From: Raillietiella orientalis
Lineage: Eukaryota
NCBI GenBank assembly: GCA_036172245.1
Contig: JAYWIR010000015.1
Location: forward strand, 310,001 to 374,000
Length of the DNA stretch: 64,000 nt
Direction: 5' to 3'
Of this stretch, positions 13,300 through 26,599 are shown in pieces (position 1 is the stretch's first letter; each line of letters starts with the position of its first letter). The notes beneath the pieces are model-generated. The model had not been told where the DNA came from. It made no database searches and worked only from the letters and a program-made list of their open reading frames with translations. A program made the translations under genes and the position numbers.

Positions 13300-14800
13300 T
13301 GTTTCCACCTTACGGGATCGAGGCCTGTGGAGAGCCCTCCGCGGGCGCGCGCACGCAGATCCCTCCCTCTCTTCTGCGCGTGCACCGACTGAGCGGAACC
13401 GAGAGGTCTCTTGTATAGTACGGTATATGCGGAAGCCGTCCCCCAAGGGAGTGACGCGAAAGAGCGGGACAAGATGCAGCACGCGCATATGGCTCCAGAT
13501 CACTCCGCTCCGCTCACCCGAGAAGAGTTTCTCCCTTGCGACGACAGCACCGTCGGACGAGCGGTGGCATTCTTGCAAGCTTGGTGCCTCCTGCTGACCA
13601 ACCCCGTCCTCTCGAAGAGATGCAAGAGCGGAGAGGTTTGCCATCGACCGGATTGCTGTCCAGCATCCAGAATCGAGAAGAGGACCTTTCGTGGATGAAG
13701 CGAGAGGGAGGAGGGGGGTCTCCAGCCGCGCTCACGCGCGCGCGGCCAGCGCGACCTGCAGGCTCGCCGGGAGGGACGGCGGCAGCCTCAAGACTGTCTC
13801 TGGAGAAGGCGCGGTCCGGGGCGTCCGGCTGTCGACGCGCGGCAGCTTCCGGCACGCCCTTAGGTCTCAAAGAGCAGGCGCTCGCAGGGAGGGTGTCCCC
13901 AAATGCACCGCAGGCGGGGCGGTGTGGTGGTAGGAGGGGTGACTGCCTCGGAAATGCGGGTGCCGCACCTCTCAGATTCCCCGGAGCACTTGGCGTGGGC
14001 CCCATGCAGCGGCAGCCAGCAGGGAGCGCCGGCAAGGGCCTCCGCTCAGCGGCTGCGCGCGCCGGTCCGTTTTGAGAACTGGGAATCGACCCCCCAGAAC
14101 GAGCACCTGCAGGTCCTCGCCCGAAGGGTAGACCCTCTTCCAAACGCGCAGGGGGCGATCCGCTGTGATCCCTTTGCGGCGGACCACCTCAGCGAACCCA
14201 CTCAGGGATCCGTTCGGAGGTGACGGGATCCGGCAATCTCACAACGAGTGCCAGGACCTTCCTTCCCCTGTCGGGCGTGCTCCTTCCCGAGAAGTCGCAG
14301 ATGAGTGGCATCCCTCGTCCCCGCGCTTCCCGGGCGGACCCTTCGTACTTTGGGAGCGATCCCCGGGGCCCTTGCAGACGACTCGCCAACCACGAGAGCA
14401 AGGCGAGGATTTGCACGGGAGGGGGCGACCTCCGACTCCGTCGTGCTGGCGGGATCATCCTGCCGGCGGAAGATGCAGGGTCCCGGCAGTTGCTGTCCGG
14501 GTCCCTCGCGGAAAGCGTGAGCGGCTCTCGCGGGATGCTCCTGTCGGCGGCTTTCCGCTGCTGCGGGAGAGTTGAAGGAGATGAGGAGGCAGGGGACCTT
14601 GAGCAGGACCGTCGCTGCCCACGCGCTCGGCGGGATCCTCCTCGTCTTCTCCTCGAGAGGCGCAACCCTTCCTCCCTGATTGAAGGCCTCTTCTTCTCCC
14701 CTCCTCCCGTGGAGTCGATTGATCTTCCACTGAAGGCTGTGTGACTCATCCCTTTCACGGATGAATTTGCAGTTTTCCTCCCTCGTCCGCGGAGCCACCG
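13300..14800 (-). mobile_element. Decayed L1/Tx1-like 5' part (ORF1 and start of endonuclease)
   Basis: ORF1-like VVRLPDPVTSERIPEW ... GPRQVLRGI*EVRHPHFRG ... ACRK, then LREDGVGQQEAPSLQECH (cf. EN motif LQETH) at about 13566-13620. Confidence 0.45.
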
Positions 14801-14899
14801 AGGCCGGTCTCCCGGGAGGGGGCGGATCTTCGCGTTGCGAGCTGCACGCAGGCGTCCAGGGAGCACCCATCGCGGCCTCCAGCAACAGCCCTGGATGAT

Positions 14900-15700
14900 T
14901 CCCGTGAAGAGAGAACGCATTTTCCACCGGGGAAAGGCACCGGGAAACGCCAAAACCGAAAGACCGGTCCCCACGAGTGCTTGGGGTCTCCGAAGGGGTT
15001 CCTCGATGCATAGCAGCATCCCTCATAGCGTCAGGGCCTCGATGGAATCTCCGCTTAGAGCGTCCCGGCCGTGGCCCCTCGATCAATGCTTCACTGGCGC
15101 ATCCCTCGTAGGTGCGAGCCCGGGAAACGCTGTGGATTCGATCGGGCGGGAGGCGTCGGGAGTCACTTGGATGATCTTGTGCAGACCAGCTCGAGAATCT
15201 GCGGGACGGCGTCTCAGCTTAGGAGACGATCGGATGGAGGGCATCTGAGAGCCATCCAGGTGCAGATCGGATGGAAGTGGTTGCGGTGAAAGCTGGAGAA
15301 GGATGACGGAGGATGAGTCGCGCGATCTCTTGTTCCTCAGAAAGGACGGAGGTGTCCGCCCATCCCAGTTCCGCTGCCTTGTCTGCATGCTGAAAAAACC
15401 CTGAGGTCCAATGCCAGGTGTATCTCCGGATCCGTTTGCTGGAAAGCGGTGGCTGCTCTGCACTCTGGAGGTCTGTCTCAATGGAGAGAAGTGCGAGGGA
15501 AGAATCTCGCCTCTTCTCGGTGCCATTCAGGGGAGCGAGACCTCCATGAACCAGAGAGCCATGCAGCCAGGACCGACCAGGATGGGACGCGTTTCCACAG
15601 CTCTCCCCACGGACCGACCAGGGCTGACCGAGACGCAGAACAGTGGAGTCTTCCAGGAAGGTAAGGAGAGGGTGGAAATCCCAGCGAAGCTCCACCTCTG
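14900..15700 (-). mobile_element. Decayed L1/Tx1-like ORF2 C-terminal fragment
   Basis: LWKRVPSWSVLAA and VHGGLAP in adjacent frames (cf. RV.W..L..P...GGLG). LSEEQEIARLILRH parallels LLE*QELALLLAHG of the 38.1-kb copy. Confidence 0.45.
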
Positions 15701-15949
15701 TTCTGTATCCCGGTCACTCTCGGGTCCCCAAGAGGAAAAGACGCCGTTATTTCCACGTAGCATCCTTCTTTTATCATGCAACGAAGCAGTATTTCCTTTT
15801 CTTTTTCTCTCTCTCTCTCTTTTTGTCTCCATGGCGCCCCAGGAACGATGCGAATCAAATTTTTTTCTCTCTTTTTTTTTTTTTTTCTCTGGCGGTTTTT
15901 TTTCTTTTCTTTTTTCCAGCCCTGACGTGCTGCAAACTCTTCAAGAGGC

Positions 15950-17700
15950 ATCGATCATCATTACATAACCCGGCCTTTTCGAACGACTTTCACTTAATGT
16001 GCGGCTCTTGCACTCACGAATCACGAAGTGTTCGCGGATCACCTGGTACTGGGAGCCGCAGAGACGTCAGCCATGAACGCAGAGTTAAGCGATGAGGATT
16101 TTTCCCGATTTTCTCTTTCCCAGTCGCTCCGCAGGCGCGGGGGAGGGAAGAGAGCTAGCGGAAGAGCCAAGCTCGAGCAGAGATGCAGCGCCTCGTTGCC
16201 ACGGGCTGCGCGCCGTTCTTTGAATCGCAGCTGCTGCGCGCGACGCGCATCTACCTGCTCCAGTGCGTCCCTCGAAACTCTCCTCTGAGCTCACGGTAGC
16301 CGGGCACGTGCCGGAGCGGTGCGAATCTCTCCCGGACATCCTCATCCCAAGATTTGTTTTATACCCCTCCTCGGCGTAAGCCAGATTGGTTTCTATCTTT
16401 GCCTTTGCTTGGAGTTCCACTCTTCCTGCGCGGTTGCCTTAAGGATTCTGATCTTCCCGCAGACGCTGCTGAAAACCTCTTTCTCCAGATCGCAACATAA
16501 CGCACGCTCACCGCTTGCACCGGTCATCCCAAGAACGCTTGTTCGTGAGAGCACGTCAGGGATAAAGGGGAGGGGAAGGGGCGACAGAATCCCATACTGA
16601 TCCACAGCCTCCAAGATGCTGCCTGCCTTTTTTGCTGGAGGCTCATCTTACCTCGAGTCTGCCAGTGTGCATGCAAGAACAATCACTCTGCGATCGTTGT
16701 TCTGCTTCTGCTTCTGCTCTGCTTCGGTGACCTCCAGGCATCTGGCCTGCTTCCCAGGGACCGCGGTGCACGTCCGCAGCAGGTCCCGTGGACACCGCGA
16801 ATAAACGAAGAGCTCCAGCAGGTATTTTGCAGCTTCTCTGCTTCACCGGAGAGTCAGCAAAGGTTGGAGCATCTTGAGCAAATGTGGACTCCCCCCGATG
16901 AAAGTTTCTCTCGAGCCTTCGTCTCCTGATACCAGCCATTTCAGACGCTACCATCACTCCTGCTGGAGTTTCAGAGGGTTGCTACGGCACTTTGCCAGAG
17001 GGATGACCCAGCTGTGTCCCGCGGAGCTGCACGTTGAACGGAAAGAGCGGCTCATGCATTGAGTCTCCCCTGAAGACGGAATTCCCATAACTACTGGCAC
17101 TTCACCGTTCCCGGAATTCCAGGACCCAAATACGAGCCAACCTCAATGGGGTCTGGATAGGGACTCGGACTCCGAAGGAGACAAGGGAACAGGAAGGACA
17201 AGCTCGTAACAGCTTCCTTCCTTCCCTTCGGTTCTGCATCGAACGCAGTTTCCGTGTTGTCACGATAGCCGCAGGCGTCCAAAGTGATCTTCCAGTTGCC
17301 TTGTCGAAAGGAGAGCTCCATTTTAAGGGGAAAAAGCCACGTTATGTCCGATGCGGTTCTCGTTCCCGCAACTTCCCATCTCCCGGTCTCCTGCCATTGC
17401 CCTTCGTACAGGAGCACCTTCACTCCTCTTGGCATCGAGACGGGAGTGCCGAACACGATAATTTAAGATTCACATCAAGACCACTGAGCAGGGCCGCCAC
17501 AAACGGCCTTCCTTGCCGCACCAAGAATGGTGAGAAGATCCGAGAAAGAAGAGCGGCTGACGCAAGCCCCAGAAACATCAGGGATACTCGTCTTCCAGGA
17601 AGAAGAGGCTGGATGGCATTCCGAGCGATGCAACCTCCTTCTCTTGGCCTGGACACTCCTCTGTCGGGGGATTCCGTGACGCACGAAGCGGCAGAGGTCC
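15950..17700 (-). mobile_element. Decayed L1/Tx1-like RT core to 3' end
   Basis: Ordered RT motifs: QPLLPGRRVS (Q.GF.PGR.I), AALLSGLD (ALLSLD.EKAF), FGTPVSMPRGVKVLLY (FGF...I.WVK.LY), FPLKMELSFRQG (F....GVRQG), GYRDN (YADD). A later GTCPATVSSEESFE is zf-RVT-like. An A/AG-rich tract follows on the - strand (15760-15915). Confidence 0.65.
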
Positions 17701-17849
17701 ACGACCTACGGAGCTGCGAAATTGCCGCACTCGTGAGGGAAGAAGAAAAGGAGGGAAAAAAAAGAAAAGTAAAGAAAGAAAAAGCGAAAACTGATCAGGC
17801 AGAAGGGATGAAGATTCATCCAGTCGTGAAGATGAGGCACTGCTAGAAT

Positions 17850-20300
17850 TTCTCTGAGAAAAAAGACCCTAGCGGCTCTCGGTTCGGATGCTTGGCAACG
17901 CTCCTCCTGACACAGGAGAGCAGGATTGCTGCCCGGCTCTTCCTCTTCCCGCACCTCTTACCGATTCAGTGCTGGCAAACGTTGAGTCTGCAGCAACTCC
18001 AACGCGATATACGTGCGAAAGGCTATGCACCATCCTTCGGCGCCGCGAGCCAAGCCCGTGCGGTCCACCGCAGCATCCAGCTCAGGAGTCCGATGCGCGC
18101 TTTTTAGGGTCATGAACTCGGAAAGGTGAAACGGGCCCCTGCGAGCCACCGAGGTGAGAACGGAAGCGGATTTCCCGCAACCTCCTGAGGTCTGTCGGCG
18201 CTCCAAGTTCGTGAGCATCTCAGGCACTCCGGGTCTCCCCTGCGTAGGCGCGCCGGTCTTGCCGAGGTCCCGCTGCAGCACCGTTGCCCCCCTCGCGGAT
18301 GCCTCCGGCCGAAAGTGGTGCTTTCGAATCTCAGCCGGAAGCCGCACGCGCGGACGGAGCGAGGAACGAGCGGTAGCAGCCGACGCCCTCCTCTTCAGGT
18401 GCCGAAGAGGACCAAAGCTGCGATGCACCTGGCTAACGAAGAAAGCTCACCTCTGGTCCTCCCAAGCTTCTCTCTTCCCGGTTCGACATCCAGAGATCGT
18501 TCCAGCCCGGCATCAGATGTTTCAAAGGCAGCGCGAATGGAGGGAGAGGGAAGCGAAAGGAATGATGAAATCCGATACGGGCTTCGGACCTGCAGCATCA
18601 AGTTGCATTTGAAAAATCCGCCGAATGCACCATCAGTTATGAGGACGCTCTCTCCGACGGCATGGATCTTATTTCAAATCGTCAGTGCAATTCGTTCCTC
18701 TATCTGGCGAGCGCGTCAATCTTCCGACCGCTTACTTCCGTCGTTGCTGCGGCAGCTCCCCGTCACCATTCCCCGTTCCCGGTCGCTTTCCTGCGTGGAA
18801 ATCGAGGTGGAACGAGGACGGTTGTTGCTGGGCAGCGTGGACGGAGCGGCGGAGGAGCAGCTCGAGCAAGCGCGCGGGCTGCCGGACCCCGTGAGCCGCC
18901 GCCGAATCCCGAATTCTGCATCGCTAATGAGTCGCGCATATGGCTCAAAGGCAAGCAGGCTGGTCCGGGCGCAGGCTCCGTGAAAGATCCTTTGTGAAGG
19001 GGTTCGGCCGCCCTCTCTGCCTCTTACCCTCCCTCCCCCGCCCATTGTTGGACGGGATTGGAATTGGTTTTCCCCGGCAGAAAATTCTCGGAATTTGCTA
19101 TTCCATCCGATGGCCGCTTGCTCCGTCGGTTTCACTGGAACGTTCGAGAAGGATGCTCCCTGTCTCGGAGCTCGGTAGGTCGCTATTCTAAGGAGACCCA
19201 ACCCTCATTCAACGAGGATCAGAAATTTCTGAAGCACTTTTGAGGACTTCATGAACTCAGTAGGTTGCTTTCGTGATCAATTGAGGGCCCTGAAAGGCAT
19301 TCCGGGAATCCTGCTGCGTCCCAATGTGACAAAAGAGTTGACATTGGTTTTCACATTAGTTTTCCTGAGGCCTCATTTGCATTACCGTCGCCAAAACTTT
19401 TGTCCGAAGCTCAGAGGCAGACTGCATCTCGAGACAGAACCGATTCCGGGAATATTAATCAAGGTCGATGCGTTTCTGAGGCATCACACAAATGCCAGCT
19501 GAAATGCGTCAGGAGCGCCCATTCCGAGCTTCTTCCGAAACCACGAAAACACCGTATGTGGCAAATGGCGCGTCCCTGAGGAACAAGCAAAACATGCATT
19601 CTTGCAAGCGAGAGGTCCCATGTCCACGTGTGAGGATTTCGATCAGGATGGTTAGGAAGAGCGCAGGAAGCGGCATGGATGCAGGAAGTCACTAATGGAG
19701 CAAAGGCAGAAGATACAGCTCGAATGCTCATCTCTTCTGCACCAGGAAACCCAAAAGGGCGTTTGACCTTCCGGGATCAGTTCTTCGGTACAGTCCACTA
19801 TGGTCAGCAGGAACACGAAAAATCCATCAGGAACCCCCGGTGCTTGCTACTGGCAAAACGTACCGTAGGGCGCGCTGTGACTCCGTCCTTCGCTCCGAAT
19901 CTCCAAATGGCATGCTGTTATGGAGCAAAGGAGCCGCCAGCGGAGATCGTAAGAAGCCAGATGCTTATACTCCGTAACGTTCCTGATAAGAGAGTGCCTA
20001 ACTCCGGCAAGCTGACGAGCTGAACTTTTTGAAAATCAGCATCATTTCCAAGGAAAAGATAAAGCCAACACGCACTGCTTTCGGGAACCTACGCAAAATT
20101 AGCTCCAGGGATCCCTCCGAAAGATTGGTCGGAAAAGGTCGGAATGTGGTAATGAACTCAAGTACTGGAGGACAAATGGGGATGGGATTTCCAACTGTCG
20201 GAATAAGCCCATTAAGCTGGCAGTGTTGAATGGCAGAGGAAGTGTTGCGCATTTCACGACACGATTGCCAGGTTAGGACGATCGACGTGGGCATAAGCGC
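17850..20300 (+). mobile_element. Decayed, internally deleted L1/Tx1-like element
   Basis: ORF1 double zinc-knuckle remnant SKFVSISGTPGLPCVGAPVLPRSRCSTVAPLADASGRKWCFR. EN-like CVEIEVERGRLLLGSVDG and PIVGRDWN (GDFN) at 19041. RNVVMNSSTGGQMGMGFP (cf. P...GGLGFP) near 20150. Confidence 0.5.
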
Positions 20301-22239
20301 TGCAATGATGCTAATGTGACTTATCTGCAGCACGGAATTGGATCTCGTAACGAAAATCAGATGGAACCGTGCTGGAGTGCTAAATTTTTATTCCCCCTCC
20401 CCCCGCACCAGTTTGTCTTTTCATGGCACCAGTTTACGATCAGCGTGTGCTTAAGTCCCTGCTGGAACCGAGGAGCTGGGGGGCTGAGCCGGGCGAAGAT
20501 ATATTTCGGCGATCCTAGAGAACTGAACAGCGGTGCTGTTGCCGTCTTCGAGACTCTGATTCGATATGAAATAGCTCATGATACGAGTTTCGTCTCAGCG
20601 CAGAGGTCATTTATTTATTTTCTCGTATACAGCAAGTCTCTCCTGGTCTTTGCAAATGAAGGGCTCGTGCAGCTTTCCCCACGGCTTGTCTTCTGTGGCT
20701 CTGAAAAGCTTCCACTTTCTTTGGTTCACCTGGAGTGAACTCTGCAGCATGCCTATGCGGAAGTTCTACCGTGTTTATTTCGTACGTCTATTTGCACGTG
20801 TACGCATTTTGTGAACAGATAACAAGGGCTTGTAAAAAAAAAAAAAAATGGGGAATGTTCCTACAATTTCTTTCCCCGTGTAGATTTCCTTAAGAATCTC
20901 CTTCCGGAGGATTCCATTCTTTTCCATTCAATGGAATCTCGTTATGTAGATGCTGTGCAGCACCAACAGCAAAAAATTGTAAATGGGACTGTAAATGCCA
21001 ATGATGACATCTTGATTTTTTATTTTTTATTGATAGCAGCAAGTGGATTTCCATTTGTTAATGTCACCAGTAAGGATGTAGACATGAAGATTGGGATTCC
21101 ATTGTGAAACAAAACTGCGAACATCACGAGGATGTAAAAAGCCATTCTAATGAGAGCTCAGTTAAATTTCCAAGGTCCTTTTCCCGAAGGTCCTAGAGAA
21201 TCGGGTTTCTTCAACCGTCTCTATTTTATTCAGATCGAAGAGTTCCTTTGAATAAAGCTCGCTCGAAAGTCGCTAAAAGTTTCACACACACAAAAAAAAA
21301 AAAAATCACATTTCTTTCAGGCCGACTGCATTTACCTTTCTCCTGGAATTCCTTCCGTTTGAAGTTCCGAGATGCTTTTTGTGCTTGGATTTCGATCAAC
21401 CTGTAGCGCGCTGAGCGAAATTCAGCAGCCAACGACGGCTGGATGACATCCGCAAAGTGCGGAGCGCGCAGCCGCGAAAGTTTCCGACTCGTCTCTAGGA
21501 AACAGACGAGAGTTCCCCGAACCCTTTCCCAATGATCTTTTGTGGAAAGTTCAGACACAATGGGGGGATGGGACATACATTACACCCATTCTTGGAAATT
21601 GAGTGAAAGAGTGAAAGAACGCCGTTTCTCTTCGAAGTTCACGTCTCACATCATATCCAACCCGTTCGGATTCATTCCAGGGGTTATCCATAATCGCTTT
21701 ATGGGCTAAAACACACCTCCAATGAATGGGTCCTAAGAACACCTTTTCATACAAGGTTCAAGCCTTTTTTTTTCTTCTTCTTCTTCTTCTTCTTCAATGA
21801 GCATCTGATGCAATTTTCAAAACGCCAACCACAAGCACCGAACACCAGCCACTTGGTCCGGAGCCAAGTGCAACTGGATAACTGAAGAATGCTGTAAGAC
21901 GTGATTTTTGGACATTCCTAACGAGTTCAAAAGTCACGTGACAAGTGTTACCAACACGCTTCCGTAACAAGTGTTGCATTAGTTAACACGTGTCGTGAGA
22001 AACTAGTGCCGCCCTCGTTAACCGTTCTGACTGCAAATCATACGAAAAGTCGGCTTTCCTCTAAGCGTCGAAAAAGACAGGATAAAGAAGTTTGTCGTCC
22101 CGATTTGCTGCTGTCTGCCTTCCCCCATGTCTCTCTTCTATGTGCATCGCATTGTGTGTTGCTCTCTTCTATGTGCATATTTTCTTGGTGACACACCGGT
22201 CATCAAGTGCACATCGGTCATTCTATGATCAGACTGTTC

Positions 22240-22900
22240 AGACCTCCGTTTTTGCCTGCGCACCGGACTCTCCCCGGAAACGGGGAACATCACCACCACC
22301 ACGTCTCAGCGGGGGAGACTGCCCAAGGAGTGCATCCACTGTGGGATAGCGGGAACCCCGCCGCACGTGCTCCTCGAATACGGAAGGCTACGTCAGGGGT
22401 CGAAGAGCATTGCCGAAGTGCTCCAGTTCCTCCATGTTGTCCCGCATGACCTGTTTAGGGGAATGTCCTCTTCTCCGGGCACAACAGTTGCTCTCTGGCG
22501 ATCCACGTGCAAATAATGGTGACCGCCAAAAAGAATGGAGGAAAGGCGTGAGCCGTCATCCCAGGGAGCCGTTTGCAAGCGTCATCGCCTGCAAGCAAAG
22601 AGCAATGAAATGGCCCCGTCTGGGATGCGAGATTCAGGGAAATCTTCAGGCGATTGTGGGCAGACTAATCCGACACCAGTGAACGCATCTTTCCTCCCTA
22701 TTTCTTCCTTGTCCGTCCCAATCCCTAATTATTTATTCATTCACTGCCTCTCTTTTATCTCCGTATCTCTCTTATCTCTTATCTTCCCAGTTCTCTTCCC
22801 AGTGAGAGTAGTCCTTTTGGTTTTGGACAGGCACATGTAGTCCTTCCCCTGACTATATGAATTTTATTTATTTATGCTAAATACATGGACAGGCAATCCT
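22240..22900 (+). mobile_element. 3' end of L1/Tx1-like element with pyrimidine-rich 3' UTR
   Basis: CIHCGIAGTPPHVLLEY at 22331 (C-x2-C...H...C zf-RVT). AMKWPRLG matches SRWPHL in the 37.4 and 38.55 kb copies. A CT-rich tail runs 22690-22800. Confidence 0.6.
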
Positions 22901-24799
22901 GCATGATAACTTCATGATTGGATAGCTCAGAACCCAGCAGTCACATCAGACCTCACCTGCCTTCCTCCCTGTTGATGGACAAGAAAAATCCAGAGCATCG
23001 CTGAGCTGCTAGAATGTTGCATCCTTGCGTCATTGAAAAATGATTTTACCTGCCTTCTGATTGAAGAGGACCTCTTTCGTGTATCCAAAGCAGAAGAATC
23101 TTGCATGACGAACCGCATCGCTTCCAGAAGTTTGATCTAAGAAATGCACAGAAAAGTGCATTTCAAAGGTGCCATCATCATGCAACTTGCATGAATGAGA
23201 AAGCACGCTGTACCGTCAGTGATGACGGCTTCCCTTGCAGTCAACGATAGCCCTGAAAAGACCAAACGGCCTCGAAAATTCTGGACAGATCTGGAAAAGC
23301 CAAGCCGTGTTCAGAATGGGGTGACACATCGGAAGGAAGCAGTAATCCTTCGTCCTGATCGATGATCCTTTCCGTCTGGAGAGCAGATCGATCCCAGAGA
23401 AAGCTTCAGCAGTACTACCACATGTGGGTTTCGTTCCTGAAAAAATAGAAATGGCCTTCGTGACGGGAGTGAAAAAGTATCCAGCTTTCAAAGATGATGC
23501 TGTGTTGTCTGTTACACTCGCAAGAGACAAAATCGCCGCACACAGGGGGCTTCCTATGAAGAGAAAGGCAAGCCGCTAATAGTTAAATCCGCGATCTCAA
23601 GCGACTTTTCTGCGACCGAGAGGCTGGAGCGCGCATAGTAAGATTCCAAGAGTTCTCTCTTGCCGGAATCGAAACTGCTGCCTGGAAACAGAATTCAGAT
23701 CTGCACCCAATTTCCGCGGAATTCGAACGGGATCTTACTGCATGCGACTTAACATCCCACTCCACGCGAGATCTCAGTTCAACTATCCCAAGCACGCACT
23801 GTGCCTTTTTTTTCTTTTTGTCTTCCGTTTTTCTGCCCGCAAAGAGTCTTTTGGTCAGCACTCTTTCAGACCATGACCATTTGATTTCTCCTTCAGTCGC
23901 TGAACTTCATTATTTGGTTGAGGATATTGACAGATGGCATTTACGGCTGCGCTCCAGCAGAAGTATGTTTTACAAAAAGCCCTTTGCAAACATGAAAGCG
24001 GCGAATCCTGAACGGAAATCTATTACCATCGGAAAAGTTTCTCACTGACCAACTCACTCGGCTCACGATCGCCATGCAATTTCTACGTACCAACGGATGC
24101 TTTACGAGGAAAATGGAACGGTTTCGTTTTGATCCTTGCAGATTCTGTTTCGGAAGTCTCGAAGAGGGCACGTCCCAGTCTTTGTACAAGTAGAGATTAT
24201 TCTATGTTTATGTTTATTTTTCATTCTCTCTTCGCATCTTCCCAAAGAGGACCTCTCCAGACTGTTGCATAGCCATCTGCTCTCAAGTTTTAGGACTTGG
24301 TAGATCCTGAGGTCCTACTAATCTTGCTTGTATGTTTCCTGATTACAATGAACACCCCGGAGAAATCCGGTTCAAATCAATCCTGGGTAATCCTTTTTTT
24401 GTCATCTCTTGATTGGTATTTACTGACGTGTTCGTTTTGTTGGCCTTCCTGAAGTGTTTTTGTTTAGTTCTCGGAACGACACACACGAGACACGAAATTG
24501 GTCTCTTCAGTGTGCACGGAGGATAGGTACTTGTTTCAATTTGCAATCTTTAAGCCTCCCTCTGAGTGAAGCGCTGCAGGAAGAATTTCAGAAACTCTCC
24601 ATACGCGTGAAATGCAGCCCGGTCACTCAGCGACTGGACAACAGCCATCTGAAACGCAAGGTGTGAGGACCTTGCACTTTCTTTCCACTGCACAAAACAG
24701 CCGCCAATTTTTTTTTTTTTTAATTTAGTTTCTGAATTTGCAACATCTTCTGCTGTCGTTGTTCTAAAGCTGTTGACTAAACGCCTTACTGACGAACAA

Positions 24800-25560
24800 G
24801 TAAGATCACGGAGATCACTGACATCAGTTGCTATGGAACGAAAGATGCCCCTGGCACTTTTTGACAGAAACGTTTCGCGCGATGGTTTTTCACCGCTCTG
24901 CCGATCTTCTCAAGCGGTTCTTCGTTGTGTCAGCAACATACCTCGGACTTCGGATGCCGGAAGCACGATTCGAGGAGACGACCACTTCTCGTTGGTTCGA
25001 TTTCATGAAAGGCTTTTAGTACTATTTTGAATGACGTAAGCTGCTGCGTAAGAGTCGTGGGTTTTTCTTCTGCCGGAATAGAACAAAAGAGATCCGCCTT
25101 AGGTGGCACAAGATAAGCGAGAAGAGATGAACTTTTGCAAGTATCTCCCGCTGTATGACGCAAGTAAATATATAAATCGCGCGATATCCAACGCTAACTA
25201 TACGATCTGTAAGTGATTTGGAAAAAAAATCTTGGCAAAGAGGAATGCGTGTAATGACTGACTACTAGCCAAACTTTGGAGAACACCTTCCTGAATTTTT
25301 CATTCTATTTTTGTGATTCAAGGTAGGAGAAACTGTGGCAGAGTTTCCCATGGTTTCTCCTACTTTGCCATCTTGTCGAAGGCTTGCTGGCAGTTCTTGA
25401 TGGTTCGTGCTCCAAGTTGCGTCTCCAAGCACGCAAGCAGGAAGAATGTAGAAGAGGATGATAGTGTGCACCAATGTGGTTTACCATCCAAAAAAGCACG
25501 TTCGTTCAGTTTATGGAAAAATTTCATCTTCCCTCACCCCGAACGCGGGGACGAAATTAG
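24800..25560 (+). mobile_element. Possible zf-RVT remnants (two pieces)
   Basis: GFSPLCRSS and ACWQFL...EEDDSVHQCGLPSKKARSFSLWK resemble the E...H.F..C..A...W motif. Weak. Confidence 0.25.
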
Positions 25561-26599
25561 AAGACTCAAAATGAGCCACTTTGCAGCACTTTCGTTGGAT
25601 GAAAAGTCAAAAATTGATTTTCCAAAGATTGAATTCAAAGATGTGAGCGATTCAATTTCATTGGATTAAATCGGAGATTGATTTTCCACTCATGATTTCA
25701 CATCATGAGAGAAAGAGCTACTGCTCGAAGGCGAAAGCGAAGGCTGGTCCGCGAGCTGTGCGAGAATCCTTCACGAAATCCCTGTCTAGCCGACAGGGCA
25801 GACTTCTTGACAACTGGCTGACAGCTAGCTGGATTTTCCCATTGCGGCTTGCATGCAACATGAGGCCCTCCCATCTTCGAAACGCAATCGACGGTCTCCC
25901 TCAATAGTGTAAAGAGTGTTGAGGTGCTCTCACCATGAAGAGTCATCACGCTATTTTTTCTCTCTTTTTTTTTGTTTCAGGAAGAGTCAGGATGCGCTCC
26001 CTTCAGACAACGCGCTTCATCCCCATCTCTTTGCTGATTGGGGTTTGCGAGAATACAACGTTCCACCTTACATATTGCGAGCACGTCCAGAAGGACGCGC
26101 GTTCGCCCATACACGATGGCTTTTCCCATATCTTTTGTTGTGTTCCCAGGAATCGCCATGTAGCTTCCCCCATGGTATGAGGTTGCAGCAGTGTCAACAT
26201 TCCTTTCCGGGACTAGCCTGATGCTCATCGTTCAGCTGCAGGGCACTTTTTCCGGGATCTTCACGTCATCAAGCAGTGATCGGCTTCATAAGCAGTCCAT
26301 GTTTCTCCCGATGATTCAAATTCCCCTCATTCCTCCTCGCAAGCCGCTTTTGTTTAGTTCAACCGCTCTGGAGCACTTCTACTGTTTCGTGTTCTATTGG
26401 TGGCGCATTGGTGACCTGGTGTCAAAGGAATTTTTCAGCCGCCTTGATCGATTCGGTCTCTTTTGAGCACTTCAAGGGCTGCGCTGGCTCCGCTCTAGCA
26501 GGAAAAGTGCGTAGGAATACAAAGTGCGCATTACAAGCTGCAAAATGCATCCGTAACGGACAATCTTTCCAGGCACACAGTTATGGGGAAGCTCGTCCC

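Noticed and set aside
14189..15086. Longest ORFs in the window (276 and 294 aa, - strand) as host genes
   Set aside because: They overlap in several frames in very GC-rich DNA, are Arg/Pro/Gly/Ser-rich with no domain, and straddle two retroelement remnants. Stop-codon scarcity explains them.
23216..23530. BIR/IAP-like domain suggested by KAGYFF
   Set aside because: The C-x2-C...H...C zinc ligands and the conserved Trp/DDP spacing are absent.
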